DNA from: Candidatus Dormiibacterota bacterium
GTDB lineage: Bacteria; Chloroflexota; Dormibacteria; DASZGP01
Assembly (NCBI GenBank): GCA_049644325.1
Contig: JBARRR010000039.1
Coordinates: 19,867 to 83,866 of the forward strand
Direction: 5' to 3'
DNA length: 64,000 nucleotides
Shown here: one piece after another, positions 55,467-64,000 of the stretch
How the letters are laid out: the number at the start of each line of letters is the position of its first letter
How positions within the stretch are numbered: the first letter of the stretch is position 1
Translations under genes and position numbers: made by a program
The notes under the pieces: model-generated
Seen by the model: the letters and a program-made list of their open reading frames with translations, nothing else
Databases searched by the model: none
What the model was told of the DNA's origin: nothing

Positions 55467-56864
55467 ATGAGCTTTCGCCTCAGTGACCTCGTGGAGGCCA
55501 CCGGTGGGCGGCTGGTCGGCGGTGACCCCGCGATCACGCTGGAGCGCCTGGTCACCGACTCGCGACAGGCAGGCCCAGGCGCCCTCTTCGTGGCCCTCGC
55601 CGGCGAGACCACCGACGGCCACCGCTTCATCCCCGCCGCCGCCGGATCCGGTGCCTCCGCCCTGCTGGCCCAGTCGCTGCCCGAGGGCACCAGCACGCCG
55701 GCGGTGCTGGTGCCTGACACCAAGCAGGCCCTGGTCGACTTCACCCGGCACCAGCTGGCCCGGCAGCCGATCAAGGTGGTGGCGGTCACCGGCAGCGCCG
55801 GCAAGACCACCACCAAGGAGATGATCGCGGCGGTTCTCTCCCGCGCGTATGAGGTGCTGAAGACCGAGGGCAACCTCAATACCTACACAGGCGTGCCGAT
55901 GAGCATTGCCCTCCTGGAGCCGCGCCACCAGGTTTTCGTGGCCGAGTACGCCATGTCCGCCCCGGGCGAGATCGTTTTCCTTTCGCACATGGCGCCGCCG
56001 GACATCGCGGTCGTCCTCAACGTCGGGTTGGCCCACGCCGGCATGCCCGGGCTGGGCAGCATTGACGCCGTCGCCGCAGCCAAGCGCGAGCTGGTCGAGG
56101 CCCTGACCGACGACGGCACCGCGGTGCTCAACGCCGACGACCCCCGGGTTCGCGCGATGGCATCCGCGACCGGCGGCGAGATCGTCTTCTTCGGCGCCGG
56201 AGCGGCGCGAGACGACAGTCCTGCCGCGCCGCAGGTTCGGGCCCAGAGCATCAGCCTCCGCGGGCTAGACGGCAGCGACTTCGAGCTGGTGCTGCCCAGT
56301 GGCCGGGCGCCGGTGCGCCTGCAGGTCCCGGGCGAGCACGCCATCAATAACGCCCTCGCCGCCGCGGCCACGGGCTTCGCCATGGATGTGCCGGTCACCG
56401 ACATCGCGGCCGCCCTGGGCGCCTTCGCGCCGTTGGCGGGGCGCATGGTCCTGCGTCCCGGACGGAAGGGCTCGACCGTCATCGACGACACATACAACGC
56501 CAGCCCTGCCGCGGTTGAGGCCGCGCTGGCGGTGCTGCTGGCCGAGCGGGGGAGGCCGCGGCTGGCGGTGCTGGGCGACATGCTGGAGCTGGGAGACACG
56601 GCCGTCGAGGCGCATCGCCGCATCGGCGCCGCCGCCGCGGGCGCCGACCTCCTGGTCGTGGTTGGCGAGATGGCGGGCGAGATCCGAGCCGGCGCAATCG
56701 GGGCGGGGATGCCGGCGGACCACGTCGCCGAGGCCGCCGTTGATGACGTCGCTGCGCTGGTCGAGCCCCGGCTCGATGACGCGCTGGTGCTGGTCAAGGC
56801 CTCCCGCGGGGTCGCCCTGGAGAAGGTGGTCGCGGCGCTGGTCGAGCCCGAGGCCGGCCGATGA
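55467..56864 (+). CDS. murF: UDP-N-acetylmuramoyl-tripeptide--D-alanyl-D-alanine ligase.
   Basis: It has TDSRQAGPGALFVAL, VTGSAGKTTTKEM, DDTYNASP and KASRG, matching E. coli MurF blocks. Confidence 0.85.
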   Translation: MSFRLSDLVEATGGRLVGGDPAITLERLVTDSRQAGPGALFVALAGETTDGHRFIPAAAGSGASALLAQSLPEGTSTPAVLVPDTKQALVDFTRHQLARQPIKVVAVTGSAGKTTTKEMIAAVLSRAYEVLKTEGNLNTYTGVPMSIALLEPRHQVFVAEYAMSAPGEIVFLSHMAPPDIAVVLNVGLAHAGMPGLGSIDAVAAAKRELVEALTDDGTAVLNADDPRVRAMASATGGEIVFFGAGAARDDSPAAPQVRAQSISLRGLDGSDFELVLPSGRAPVRLQVPGEHAINNALAAAATGFAMDVPVTDIAAALGAFAPLAGRMVLRPGRKGSTVIDDTYNASPAAVEAALAVLLAERGRPRLAVLGDMLELGDTAVEAHRRIGAAAAGADLLVVVGEMAGEIRAGAIGAGMPADHVAEAAVDDVAALVEPRLDDALVLVKASRGVALEKVVAALVEPEAGR

Positions 56865-57871
56865 AGCTGGACTTTCTGGCCCACGGTCGCGACCGGGCGG
56901 TTGACTTCTTCACCCATTTCTCGCCCTGGCCGCCGGCCGCAGCGCTGCTGCTGCCGTTGGTGGTGGGCCTGCTGCTGATGCCGCTGGGCATCGGGCTCCT
57001 GGCACGCCTGGGCTTGGGCCAGCGGGTCCGGGTTGGCGGCCCCGATGAGCACCACACCAAGGAGGGGACACCCACCGCCGGGGGCCTGATCATCGTCGCC
57101 CTGGTCCTGCTCGCGGTGCTCTTCGTCGACCGTCGGCGGGAGGTCGTGCCGGTGCTGGTGGCCATGATCCTGGGCGGCGGACTGGGCCTGGTCGACGACA
57201 TCGCTACCGTCCGTGGCGCCACCCGCGGGCTCCTCGCCCGGCAGCGGATCGTGCTCCAGGGCCTCATCAGCCTGGCCCTGGCCATCTGGTTCTTCTCGAT
57301 GGGCATGGACAGCCAGGTGGTGCCCCTGGTGGGGACATGGCACATGGGCTGGCTGATCGTGCCGGTGGCCGCGGTGGCCCTGGTGTCGGCGGCCAATGCC
57401 TTCAACCTCACCGACGGCAGCGACGGGCTGGCTGCCGGCGTGATGGTGCTGGTGGCGCTGGTGCTGGCCCTGATCGTGCGCAACCGCCACGACATTGCCC
57501 AGGTGCGGCTCCTGCTCGCCACTGCCGGGGCGCTGCTCGCCTTCCTGGTCTACAACCTGCCGCCGGCGCGCGTCTTCATGGGCGGGGTGGGCTCCGAGGG
57601 TATCGGCATGCTGCTGGCAGCCGCCAGCATCGCCGGCGGCCTGGTCTGGTTCCTGCCGCTGCTGGCGCTGGTGCCGGCGATCGAGACGCTGTCGGTGATC
57701 GTTCAAGTGGTCAGCTTCAAGACCCGGGGCAAGCGCGTGTTCAAGATGGCGCCGCTGCACCACCACTTCCAGGTCAGCGGCTGGGGGGAGTGGACGGTGG
57801 CGCTGGCAGGCTGGGCCGCGACCAGTGCGGTGGGGACCCTGGGCCTGCTGCTGGCAAAGCGGGCGGTCTGA
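56861..57871 (+). CDS. mraY: Phospho-N-acetylmuramoyl-pentapeptide transferase.
   Basis: It has NAFNLTDGSDGLAAG and ten TMs. There is an ATGA overlap with murF. Confidence 0.9.
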   Translation: MKLDFLAHGRDRAVDFFTHFSPWPPAAALLLPLVVGLLLMPLGIGLLARLGLGQRVRVGGPDEHHTKEGTPTAGGLIIVALVLLAVLFVDRRREVVPVLVAMILGGGLGLVDDIATVRGATRGLLARQRIVLQGLISLALAIWFFSMGMDSQVVPLVGTWHMGWLIVPVAAVALVSAANAFNLTDGSDGLAAGVMVLVALVLALIVRNRHDIAQVRLLLATAGALLAFLVYNLPPARVFMGGVGSEGIGMLLAAASIAGGLVWFLPLLALVPAIETLSVIVQVVSFKTRGKRVFKMAPLHHHFQVSGWGEWTVALAGWAATSAVGTLGLLLAKRAV

Positions 57872-59061
57872 TGCGTTCCAACGCGACCTCGGTGGACAAG
57901 TGGCTGCTGGCCACGGTGGCGGCGCTGTGTGCCTTCGGCCTGGTGATGGTCTTCAGCAGCTCCGAGGTTTCCGGGTACCTGGAGTACGGCAACGCCAGCT
58001 ACTACTTCCAGCGCCAGATCCTCTGGCTGGTGCTGGGAGCGGTCCTGGGCCTGCTGGCCCTGGGTTTCGACTACCACCGCCTGCGCGGCCTGGCGCCAAT
58101 CGGGGCGGTTGTAGTGGTGGCGCTCCTGGTCCTGGTCCTGGTCCCGCACATCGGCGTCGTCCGCAACGGCGCTCGTCGCTGGTTCGGGGTGGGCTCGTTC
58201 ACCTTCCAGCCGGCGGAGGCGGCCAAGATCGTGGCCATCGTCTACCTCGCTCGCTGGCTGGAGAAGTCGACCGAGCGCGTCCGCTCCTTCCGCAAAGGCC
58301 TGGTCCCGTTCCTGGTGATGCTCAGCCTGCTGCTGGGCCTGGTGCTGCTGGAGAAGGACCTGGGCACGTCTGCGATCCTGGCCGTGATCGCGGTCTCGAT
58401 GTTCCTGGTGGCGGGGGCGCGCTGGACCCACCTGGCCGGGGTGCTGGCGGTGGCGATCGGGGCGATGGCGGTCCTGATCAAGCTCGAGCCTTACCGCTAC
58501 AGCCGGATGCTCTCCTACCTCAACCCGTGGTCGGACGCCCTCAACACCGGCTTCCAGGGCGTGCAGTCGGTCCTCGCCCTGGGCTCGGGCGGCCTGTTTG
58601 GCGTCGGCCTGGGCAACAGCATCCAGAAGTACCAGTGGCTGCCCGAGGCTCACACCGACTTCATCTTCGCTATCATCGGCGAGGAACTGGGGCTGGTCGG
58701 CACCGTTCTGGTTCTGCTCCTGTTCTGCGTCCTTGCCTACCGGGGTTACCGAGCCGCCCTGCGGGCGCCAGACACCTTCGGGCTCCTGCTCGCAACGGGA
58801 ATAACGACCTGGCTTATCTTCCAGGCCTTCGTCAACATGGCGGCGGTCACACTCACCCTCCCGACCACCGGGATCCCGCTGCCCTTCATCTCCTTCGGCG
58901 GGTCCTCGCTCTCCGTTTCGCTGGCGGCGGTGGGCCTGCTGCTCAACATCTCCGCGCAGGGCGTCAAGCCCGCGGTTGGTCGACGTGCGGGTATTGATAT
59001 CGGGCGGCGGCACCGGGGGGCACATCTACCCCGCACTGGCCGTAGCGCAAGCCCTATCTGA
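57871..59061 (+). CDS. ftsW: SEDS-family peptidoglycan glycosyltransferase FtsW.
   Basis: It starts MRSNATSVDKWLL and has a SEDS core. The ATG overlaps the mraY stop by 1 nt. The C-terminal tail runs into murG. Confidence 0.85.
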   Translation: MRSNATSVDKWLLATVAALCAFGLVMVFSSSEVSGYLEYGNASYYFQRQILWLVLGAVLGLLALGFDYHRLRGLAPIGAVVVVALLVLVLVPHIGVVRNGARRWFGVGSFTFQPAEAAKIVAIVYLARWLEKSTERVRSFRKGLVPFLVMLSLLLGLVLLEKDLGTSAILAVIAVSMFLVAGARWTHLAGVLAVAIGAMAVLIKLEPYRYSRMLSYLNPWSDALNTGFQGVQSVLALGSGGLFGVGLGNSIQKYQWLPEAHTDFIFAIIGEELGLVGTVLVLLLFCVLAYRGYRAALRAPDTFGLLLATGITTWLIFQAFVNMAAVTLTLPTTGIPLPFISFGGSSLSVSLAAVGLLLNISAQGVKPAVGRRAGIDIGRRHRGAHLPRTGRSASPI

Positions 59062-60064
59062 GATCGACCCCGGCGGCGAGGTCCTCTACGTCGGCCGCAA
59101 GGGTGGTATCGAGGAGGAGATCGCGTCTGGCTGGCCGGTGACCATGGAAGGGCTGGCCATCCGTGGTGTCGAGGAAGAGGCCTGGCGGAACCTGCCCCTG
59201 GCCTACGCGCTGCCGGCGGCGGTGGTGCGGACCCGGGGCCTGATCCGGCGCTTCAAGCCGGACGCCGTGCTGGGCACCGGCGGCTACGTCACTGCGCCGG
59301 TGGGGATCGCCGCGGCCAGCAGCCGGGTACCGTTCTTTCTCCAGGAGCAGAACGCCGAGCCGGGCCGGACCACGAAGCTGCTCGCCCGGCGGGCGCGCAT
59401 GGTGGCGTCGGCCTACGACGAAACCGCCGGTCACCTGCCGGGCACCACCGTCGTGCGCACCGGCACCCCGGTCCGTCCCGAGTTCAGGCCGCCGGCGCGT
59501 GACATCTCCGCGCTTCGCCACCTCGTCGTCTTCGGGGGGAGCCAGGGGGCGCACCGCATCAACCTGGCCCTCGTCGAGAGCCTCAAGCCGGTCCTCGAGG
59601 AGCACGCCGACATGACCGTCGACCACGTCTGCGGGGCTCGCGACCACGATTGGCTCCACAGCTTCCGATCCGGGCTACCCGCCGACCTCGCCGACCGCTA
59701 CGTCCTCCAGCCCTTCGTTGAGCGCATCGACCGGCTGTTGGGCTCCGCCGACCTGGTGCTGGCGCGGGCCGGCGGCAGTGGCATCGCCGAGATGACGGCC
59801 ATGGGTCTGCCCATGATCCTGGTGCCTTTCCCGTTCGCCGGCGAGCACCAGCGGCACAACGCCGAGCCGCTGGTGGCCACCGGGGCGGCCGTCATGGTCC
59901 GTGACCGGGAGCTGAGTGGGGCCCAGGTGACGTCGATCATCAAGAGCTTCCGCAAGCCCGATGGCGGCGAGCGGCTGAGCCGGATGGCCGCCGCCAGTCG
60001 TGCCTTCGGCCGGCCCGACGCCGCCCGCGACGTTGCCCGCCTCCTCCTGGAGCGCGCTGCATGA
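58976..60064 (+). CDS. murG: UDP-GlcNAc:undecaprenyl-PP-MurNAc-pentapeptide GlcNAc transferase.
   Basis: It has VLISGGGTGGHIYPALAVA. The start is ambiguous among TTG 58976, GTG 58985 and TTG 58994. Confidence 0.85.
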   Translation: MVDVRVLISGGGTGGHIYPALAVAQALSEIDPGGEVLYVGRKGGIEEEIASGWPVTMEGLAIRGVEEEAWRNLPLAYALPAAVVRTRGLIRRFKPDAVLGTGGYVTAPVGIAAASSRVPFFLQEQNAEPGRTTKLLARRARMVASAYDETAGHLPGTTVVRTGTPVRPEFRPPARDISALRHLVVFGGSQGAHRINLALVESLKPVLEEHADMTVDHVCGARDHDWLHSFRSGLPADLADRYVLQPFVERIDRLLGSADLVLARAGGSGIAEMTAMGLPMILVPFPFAGEHQRHNAEPLVATGAAVMVRDRELSGAQVTSIIKSFRKPDGGERLSRMAAASRAFGRPDAARDVARLLLERAA

Positions 60065-61398
60065 ACGTGCACCTGGTGGGCATCGGCGGTTCGGGCATGA
60101 GCGCGCTGGCGCACCTCTACCTCGAGGCGGGTGACAGCGTCAGCGGGTCGGACGCGCAGTCGTCGACCGTCACCGACGCACTCGCCGCCGCCGGCGCGCG
60201 CGTCGCCATCGGACACGACAGTGGCAACCTCGAGGGCGCTGAGACGGTGATCGTCTCCACTGCGATTCCCGACGACAACCCCGAGCTGGTGGAGGCCCGG
60301 CGTCGGGGCCTGCGCGTGGTCAGCCGGGGGCAGGCCGCCTCGGAAGTCGCCCGCGGTCGTCGCCAGGTCGCGGTCGCCGGCACCCATGGCAAGACCACGA
60401 CCACGACGATGGTGGCGACGGCGCTGGGCGCGCTCGACCCGCTGGTCCTCAGCGGCGGCCGGCTGCCGGGCAGCCAGTACAACTCGCGCTACGGCCGCGG
60501 CAAGGTGGCGGTGATCGAGGCGGACGAGAGCGACGGCTCCTTTCTCGAGCTCACGCCCGAGCTGGCGGTGGTCACCGGCGTCGAGGCTGACCACCTCGAC
60601 CACTACCCCGACATCGCCGCCATCCGCCGCGCCTTCGAGCTCTTCGCCAGCCGCGTCACCGGCGCGCTGGTGGCCTGCGTCGACGATGCCGGCGCCGCGG
60701 CGCTGGTGGCCGCCGCGCCTGGCGACGTGATCACGTACGGGTTCGGTCCGGCGGCCCAGGTGCGCGCCGAGCAGTACGAGGCGGTCGACGGCGGCTCCAG
60801 CTTCGACGTGTCCTCGCCCTGGGGCTACGAGAAGGTCCGGCTGCCGGTCCCGGGCAGGCACAACGCCAGCAATGCGCTGGCGGCGCTGGCGGTGGCGGTG
60901 AAAATGGGGCGATCGATGGCGGAGGCGGTGAAGGCGCTGGGCAGCCTGGAGCTGCCGGGCCGCCGGCTGGAGCTGGTGGCAGAGGTCGACGGCGCCCGCG
61001 TCTACGATGACTACGGCCACCACCCCACCGAGGTGGTGGTGACCCTGGCGGCGGCGCGGGAGCTGACCCCCGGCCGCCTGGTCTGCGCCTTCCAGCCCCA
61101 CCGCTACTCGCGCCTCAGCGCCATGCTCGAGGAATTCGCCGGCTCCTTCGGCGGCGCCGACGAGCTGGTCCTGGTGCCGGTCTACAGCGCCGGCGAGGCG
61201 CCCATCGACGGCGCTACCTCCGAGGCGCTGGCAGCCGCCGTCGCCCGCAAACTCCCGGACCTGCCCGTCACCGTGCTGCCGTCGCTTGACGACCTGCCGG
61301 CCGACCTCCGGCGGCGGCTCAAGCGCGGCGACGTTGCCGTCTGCATGGGCGCCGGCGACATCTACCGCGCCAGCCGGCGACTCAGGGACGCGGCTTGA
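60061..61398 (+). CDS. murC: UDP-N-acetylmuramate--L-alanine ligase.
   Basis: It has HLVGIGGSGMSALA and GTHGKTTTT. There is an ATGA overlap with the upstream gene. Confidence 0.9.
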   Translation: MNVHLVGIGGSGMSALAHLYLEAGDSVSGSDAQSSTVTDALAAAGARVAIGHDSGNLEGAETVIVSTAIPDDNPELVEARRRGLRVVSRGQAASEVARGRRQVAVAGTHGKTTTTTMVATALGALDPLVLSGGRLPGSQYNSRYGRGKVAVIEADESDGSFLELTPELAVVTGVEADHLDHYPDIAAIRRAFELFASRVTGALVACVDDAGAAALVAAAPGDVITYGFGPAAQVRAEQYEAVDGGSSFDVSSPWGYEKVRLPVPGRHNASNALAALAVAVKMGRSMAEAVKALGSLELPGRRLELVAEVDGARVYDDYGHHPTEVVVTLAAARELTPGRLVCAFQPHRYSRLSAMLEEFAGSFGGADELVLVPVYSAGEAPIDGATSEALAAAVARKLPDLPVTVLPSLDDLPADLRRRLKRGDVAVCMGAGDIYRASRRLRDAA

Positions 61399-62342
61399 GC
61401 TCGCCGCTCTCGAGCACGATCGAATGGCTCCAGCGGGGCGCCAACCCGAACCATTCGCTGGCGCCGCATACGACCTATCGCATCGGTGGCGCCGCCGACT
61501 GGTACCTGGAGGTGGGCTCGGGGTGGTCGAGGTTGATCCGGGAGACCCGGGAGCGCGGTATCCCAGTCACCCTGCTGGGCAACGGCAGCAACGTCCTGGT
61601 CGCCGACGAGGGCGTGGAGGGACTGGTGGTCCACCCCACCGACGCCTCCATTGAGGTCCGCGGGGAGACCGTTTACGCCGGCGCCGGGGCTCGGATGGTG
61701 AAGGTTGCCCAGGCCGCCGCCGCCGCCGGGCTCACGGGCATGGAATGGGCGCTGGGCATCCCCGGCATGGTCGGTGGATCGGTCCGCAACAACGCCGGTT
61801 GCTTCGGTTCCGACATCGTCTCCACCGTGGTTGCAATCCACGGCCACGACCCGGCTGGTGAGGAACGCACCTGGACCACCGAAGAGCTGGCCTTCGTATA
61901 TCGCGGCTCGGCACTTCGCGACGGCGACCTCGCCGGGGCGGTCGTCACCGCGGCGGAGTTCGGCCTGGCGCCGGCCGACCCTGCCGGCATCAAGAGTCGA
62001 ATGGACGAAATCCAGCGCCAGCGCCGGCTGACGCAGCCGGTCAGCAAACGCAGCACCGGCAGCGTCTTCAAGAACCCTCCGGGCGACGCCGCCGCACGGC
62101 TGATCGACGCCGCCGGGCTCAAGGGCCGGACCGTCGGCGGCGCCATGGTCAGCCCCGAGCACGCCAACTTCATCGTCAACGCCGCCAACGCGCGGGCGGC
62201 CGACGTGGCCGAGCTGGTGCGGATCGTCCAGGCGACGATCGAGGACCAGAGCGGTATCCACCTAGAGCCTGAGATCGAGGCGCTGGGACGATGGCCCGGG
62301 GGTATCCCCGACGCCTTCGCGGGCCCTGCGGAGAAGACGTGA
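61395..62342 (+). CDS. murB: UDP-N-acetylenolpyruvoylglucosamine reductase.
   Basis: It has HTTYRIGGAADWYLEV and LLGNGSNVLV. The TTG start overlaps the murC stop. Confidence 0.85.
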   Translation: MSSPLSSTIEWLQRGANPNHSLAPHTTYRIGGAADWYLEVGSGWSRLIRETRERGIPVTLLGNGSNVLVADEGVEGLVVHPTDASIEVRGETVYAGAGARMVKVAQAAAAAGLTGMEWALGIPGMVGGSVRNNAGCFGSDIVSTVVAIHGHDPAGEERTWTTEELAFVYRGSALRDGDLAGAVVTAAEFGLAPADPAGIKSRMDEIQRQRRLTQPVSKRSTGSVFKNPPGDAAARLIDAAGLKGRTVGGAMVSPEHANFIVNAANARAADVAELVRIVQATIEDQSGIHLEPEIEALGRWPGGIPDAFAGPAEKT

Positions 62343-63268
62343 AGGTCGTGGTCCTGGCCGGCGGCGTGTCCGGCGAGCGCGAGGTCTCGCTGCGCTCCGG
62401 CGGGCAGGTGCTGAATGCACTGCGCAGCCTCGGCCATGAGGCCGAGATGGTGGACTTCGGCCCCGAGTGCGGCGAGGCGCTGCGCCGCATCGACCCAGAC
62501 CTCGTTTTCCCGACGCTCCATGGGCCGCTCGGAGAGGACGGCACCGCGGCCGCTGTCCTGGAGCTGCTTGACCTGCCCTACGTCGGCTCGGGCGTACTGG
62601 CAGGGGCGCTGGCGATGAACAAGGCGGCCGCCAAACGGGTGATGATCGCGGAGGGGCTGCCGACACCGGAGTTCGAGCTGGTCGAGAGCGTCGCCGATCC
62701 CCGGGTCCAGGCGGGCCACCTGGCTGCCCACCTCGGCCTGCCCCTGGCGATCAAGCCCAACTCGGGTGGTTCCAGCCTCGGCTTCAGCATCGCCCGGGAC
62801 GAGGACGCCGTCCTCGATGGTGTGGCCCTCGCCCTGGACAGCTCCGGGCCCGACGGCGCCGCCCTGGTGGAGAGCTTCAAACCGGGGATGGAGGTGACCA
62901 TTGGCGTCCTCGGCGTCCACGACCCCCAGGCCCTGCCCACCCTCGAGATCCTCGCCACCAGCGGCACATACGACTACGAAGCCAAGTACACCGCCGGCAT
63001 GAGCCAGCACGTCATCCCCGCCCGGATCCCGCCGGCCCAGGCAGAGGAGGCGCAGCGGCTGGCGCTGCGGGCTCACCACCTCGTCGGCGCTCGGGGTTTG
63101 AGCCGGGTCGACGTCATCTGTCCGCCCACCGGCGAGGTCTGGATCCTGGAGGTCAACACCATGCCGGGGATGACCGAGCTCAGCCTCTTCCCCGACGCCG
63201 CTCGCGCCGCGGGGCTGGAGTTCCCGGAGCTGATCGCCAGGCTGGTCGAGGAGGCACTGCCGGCGTGA
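62339..63268 (+). CDS. ddl: D-alanine--D-alanine ligase.
   Basis: It has VKVVVLAGGVSGEREVSLRSG and an ATP-grasp domain. The GTG overlaps the murB stop as GTGA. Confidence 0.85.
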   Translation: MKVVVLAGGVSGEREVSLRSGGQVLNALRSLGHEAEMVDFGPECGEALRRIDPDLVFPTLHGPLGEDGTAAAVLELLDLPYVGSGVLAGALAMNKAAAKRVMIAEGLPTPEFELVESVADPRVQAGHLAAHLGLPLAIKPNSGGSSLGFSIARDEDAVLDGVALALDSSGPDGAALVESFKPGMEVTIGVLGVHDPQALPTLEILATSGTYDYEAKYTAGMSQHVIPARIPPAQAEEAQRLALRAHHLVGARGLSRVDVICPPTGEVWILEVNTMPGMTELSLFPDAARAAGLEFPELIARLVEEALPA

Positions 63269-64000
63269 GCACGGGCGGAGGCCGGCGCCGCAGCCCAGCC
63301 GGCAGGAGAAGCGCGGGCGGCAGCCGTGACCTGGCGCCGCCCAGTGAGCACCGCCGGGGCCGTGGCGCCACGCGACGGTCGCGGTCCAGCGGGGCGGGCG
63401 CCGCAGGCCTCAGCCTGCCCACGATCACGCTCTCGCCAAGGCCGGTGCTGCGAGCCGCGATCCTGCTGCTGGAATTGGTCGGCCTCTTCGTCCTGGTCAA
63501 CCAGCCGGTCTTCGCCTCGACCCGGGTGGACGTCAGTGGCGCCAAGCACCTGAGCCGCCAGCACATCCTCGACCGGGCCGGCCTGAGCCCGGGGACGTCA
63601 ATCTTCCTGGTCTCGACCAGCGCGGCGCAGTCGGACCTGGCCGGCGACCCGTATGTCCGCTCGGCGACGGTCCGCACCCAGCTGCCCAACCAGGTGCGGA
63701 TTGAGGTGACGGAGTGGGAACCGCTGGCCCTGGTCACCCGCGGCAACGCCCGTTACCTCCTCAACGAGCAGGGCAACGTCCTCACCGCCACCACCGACGC
63801 CGGTCTCGGCCGCAACCCCGGCCAGCCCCGGGTGCCCATCACCGAGGAGGACACCGCCGCCCTGGCGCCGGGTCAGAGCGCGATCAACAGCCGGCTGGTG
63901 GTGGACCTCGACCAGATGCAGTCGACCTTCCCCTCGGCCTATGGCCTGACCGTCGCCAGGTTCCTGATCCAGTCCGGCGGGCAGCTGGTTGTGGAGACCA
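63265..64000 (+). CDS. ftsQ: Cell-division protein FtsQ/DivIB, partial at the 3-prime end (it runs off the window).
   Basis: A hand-translated frame from the GTG at 63265 gives an Arg-rich cytoplasmic N-terminus, the TM AAILLLELVGLFVLV and a POTRA region TRVDVSGAKHLSRQHILDRAGLSPGTSIFLV. It is not in the ORF track because no stop is reached. Confidence 0.7.
   Translation, partial: MSTGGGRRRSPAGRRSAGGSRDLAPPSEHRRGRGATRRSRSSGAGAAGLSLPTITLSPRPVLRAAILLLELVGLFVLVNQPVFASTRVDVSGAKHLSRQHILDRAGLSPGTSIFLVSTSAAQSDLAGDPYVRSATVRTQLPNQVRIEVTEWEPLALVTRGNARYLLNEQGNVLTATTDAGLGRNPGQPRVPITEEDTAALAPGQSAINSRLVVDLDQMQSTFPSAYGLTVARFLIQSGGQLVVET

Noticed and set aside
63326-63553. A 75-aa ORF listed downstream of ddl.
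   Set aside because: It is the wrong frame. The real ftsQ reads from the GTG at 63265 in another frame and continues past the window end.
1-64000. A search for CRISPR arrays, IS elements, integrases, prophage genes or toxin-antitoxin pairs.
   Set aside because: No regularly spaced direct repeats, transposase or recombinase motifs, or TA-like small gene pairs were seen. The window looks like core chromosome.

Overview
This 64-kb window is from a very high-GC (about 70%) bacterial chromosome of Actinobacteria/Chloroflexi type; the F420-type PPOX protein, MMPL/TetR pair, R2lox, DUF4395 protein and leaderless transcripts fit that placement. It is dense in housekeeping genes, with about 60 protein genes, one tRNA-Leu(UAG) and one RNase P RNA. 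No CRISPR array, IS element or integrase was seen.

Main blocks, in order:
- A cell-surface S8 (subtilisin-like) peptidase, partial at the window start, with FG-GAP repeats and an LPXTG-like C-terminus.
- A divergent pair of redox lipoproteins, one of them TlpA-like.
- A MarR–MFS efflux operon with a recognisable operator and promoter.
- glpD.
- A leucine-catabolism-like operon on the minus strand: enoyl-CoA hydratase, HMG-CoA lyase and an acyl-CoA carboxylase beta subunit.
- An AlkD-like repair gene.
- A malic enzyme with an N-terminal ACT domain.
- A TetR–MMPL pair.
- R2lox, DedA, trpD and a GH1 beta-glucosidase.
- A TrmK-like/RNase HI gene pair.
- rnpB immediately followed by a division/cell-wall (dcw) cluster: mraZ-rsmH-ftsL-ftsI-murF-mraY-ftsW-murG-murC-murB-ddl-ftsQ, with MraZ-box direct repeats in its promoter. 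murE and murD are conspicuously missing from their conserved positions.

Candidates for something new:
1. A 912-aa Upf1-like SF1B helicase (15289-18027). It has an uncharacterised N-terminal region of about 370 aa with an internal C4 zinc ribbon and a 150-aa poly-arginine tail, and sits convergent to a small double zinc-ribbon protein.
2. A YhaO/YhaN-like SbcD/SbcC pair in which the ATPase carries transmembrane segments.
3. A compact four-gene module: DUF4395 membrane protein, membrane thioredoxin, a stand-alone Cas4-like Fe-S PD-(D/E)xK nuclease and an SH3-like protein.

All calls rest on motif-level reading of the translated ORFs. No database search was run.
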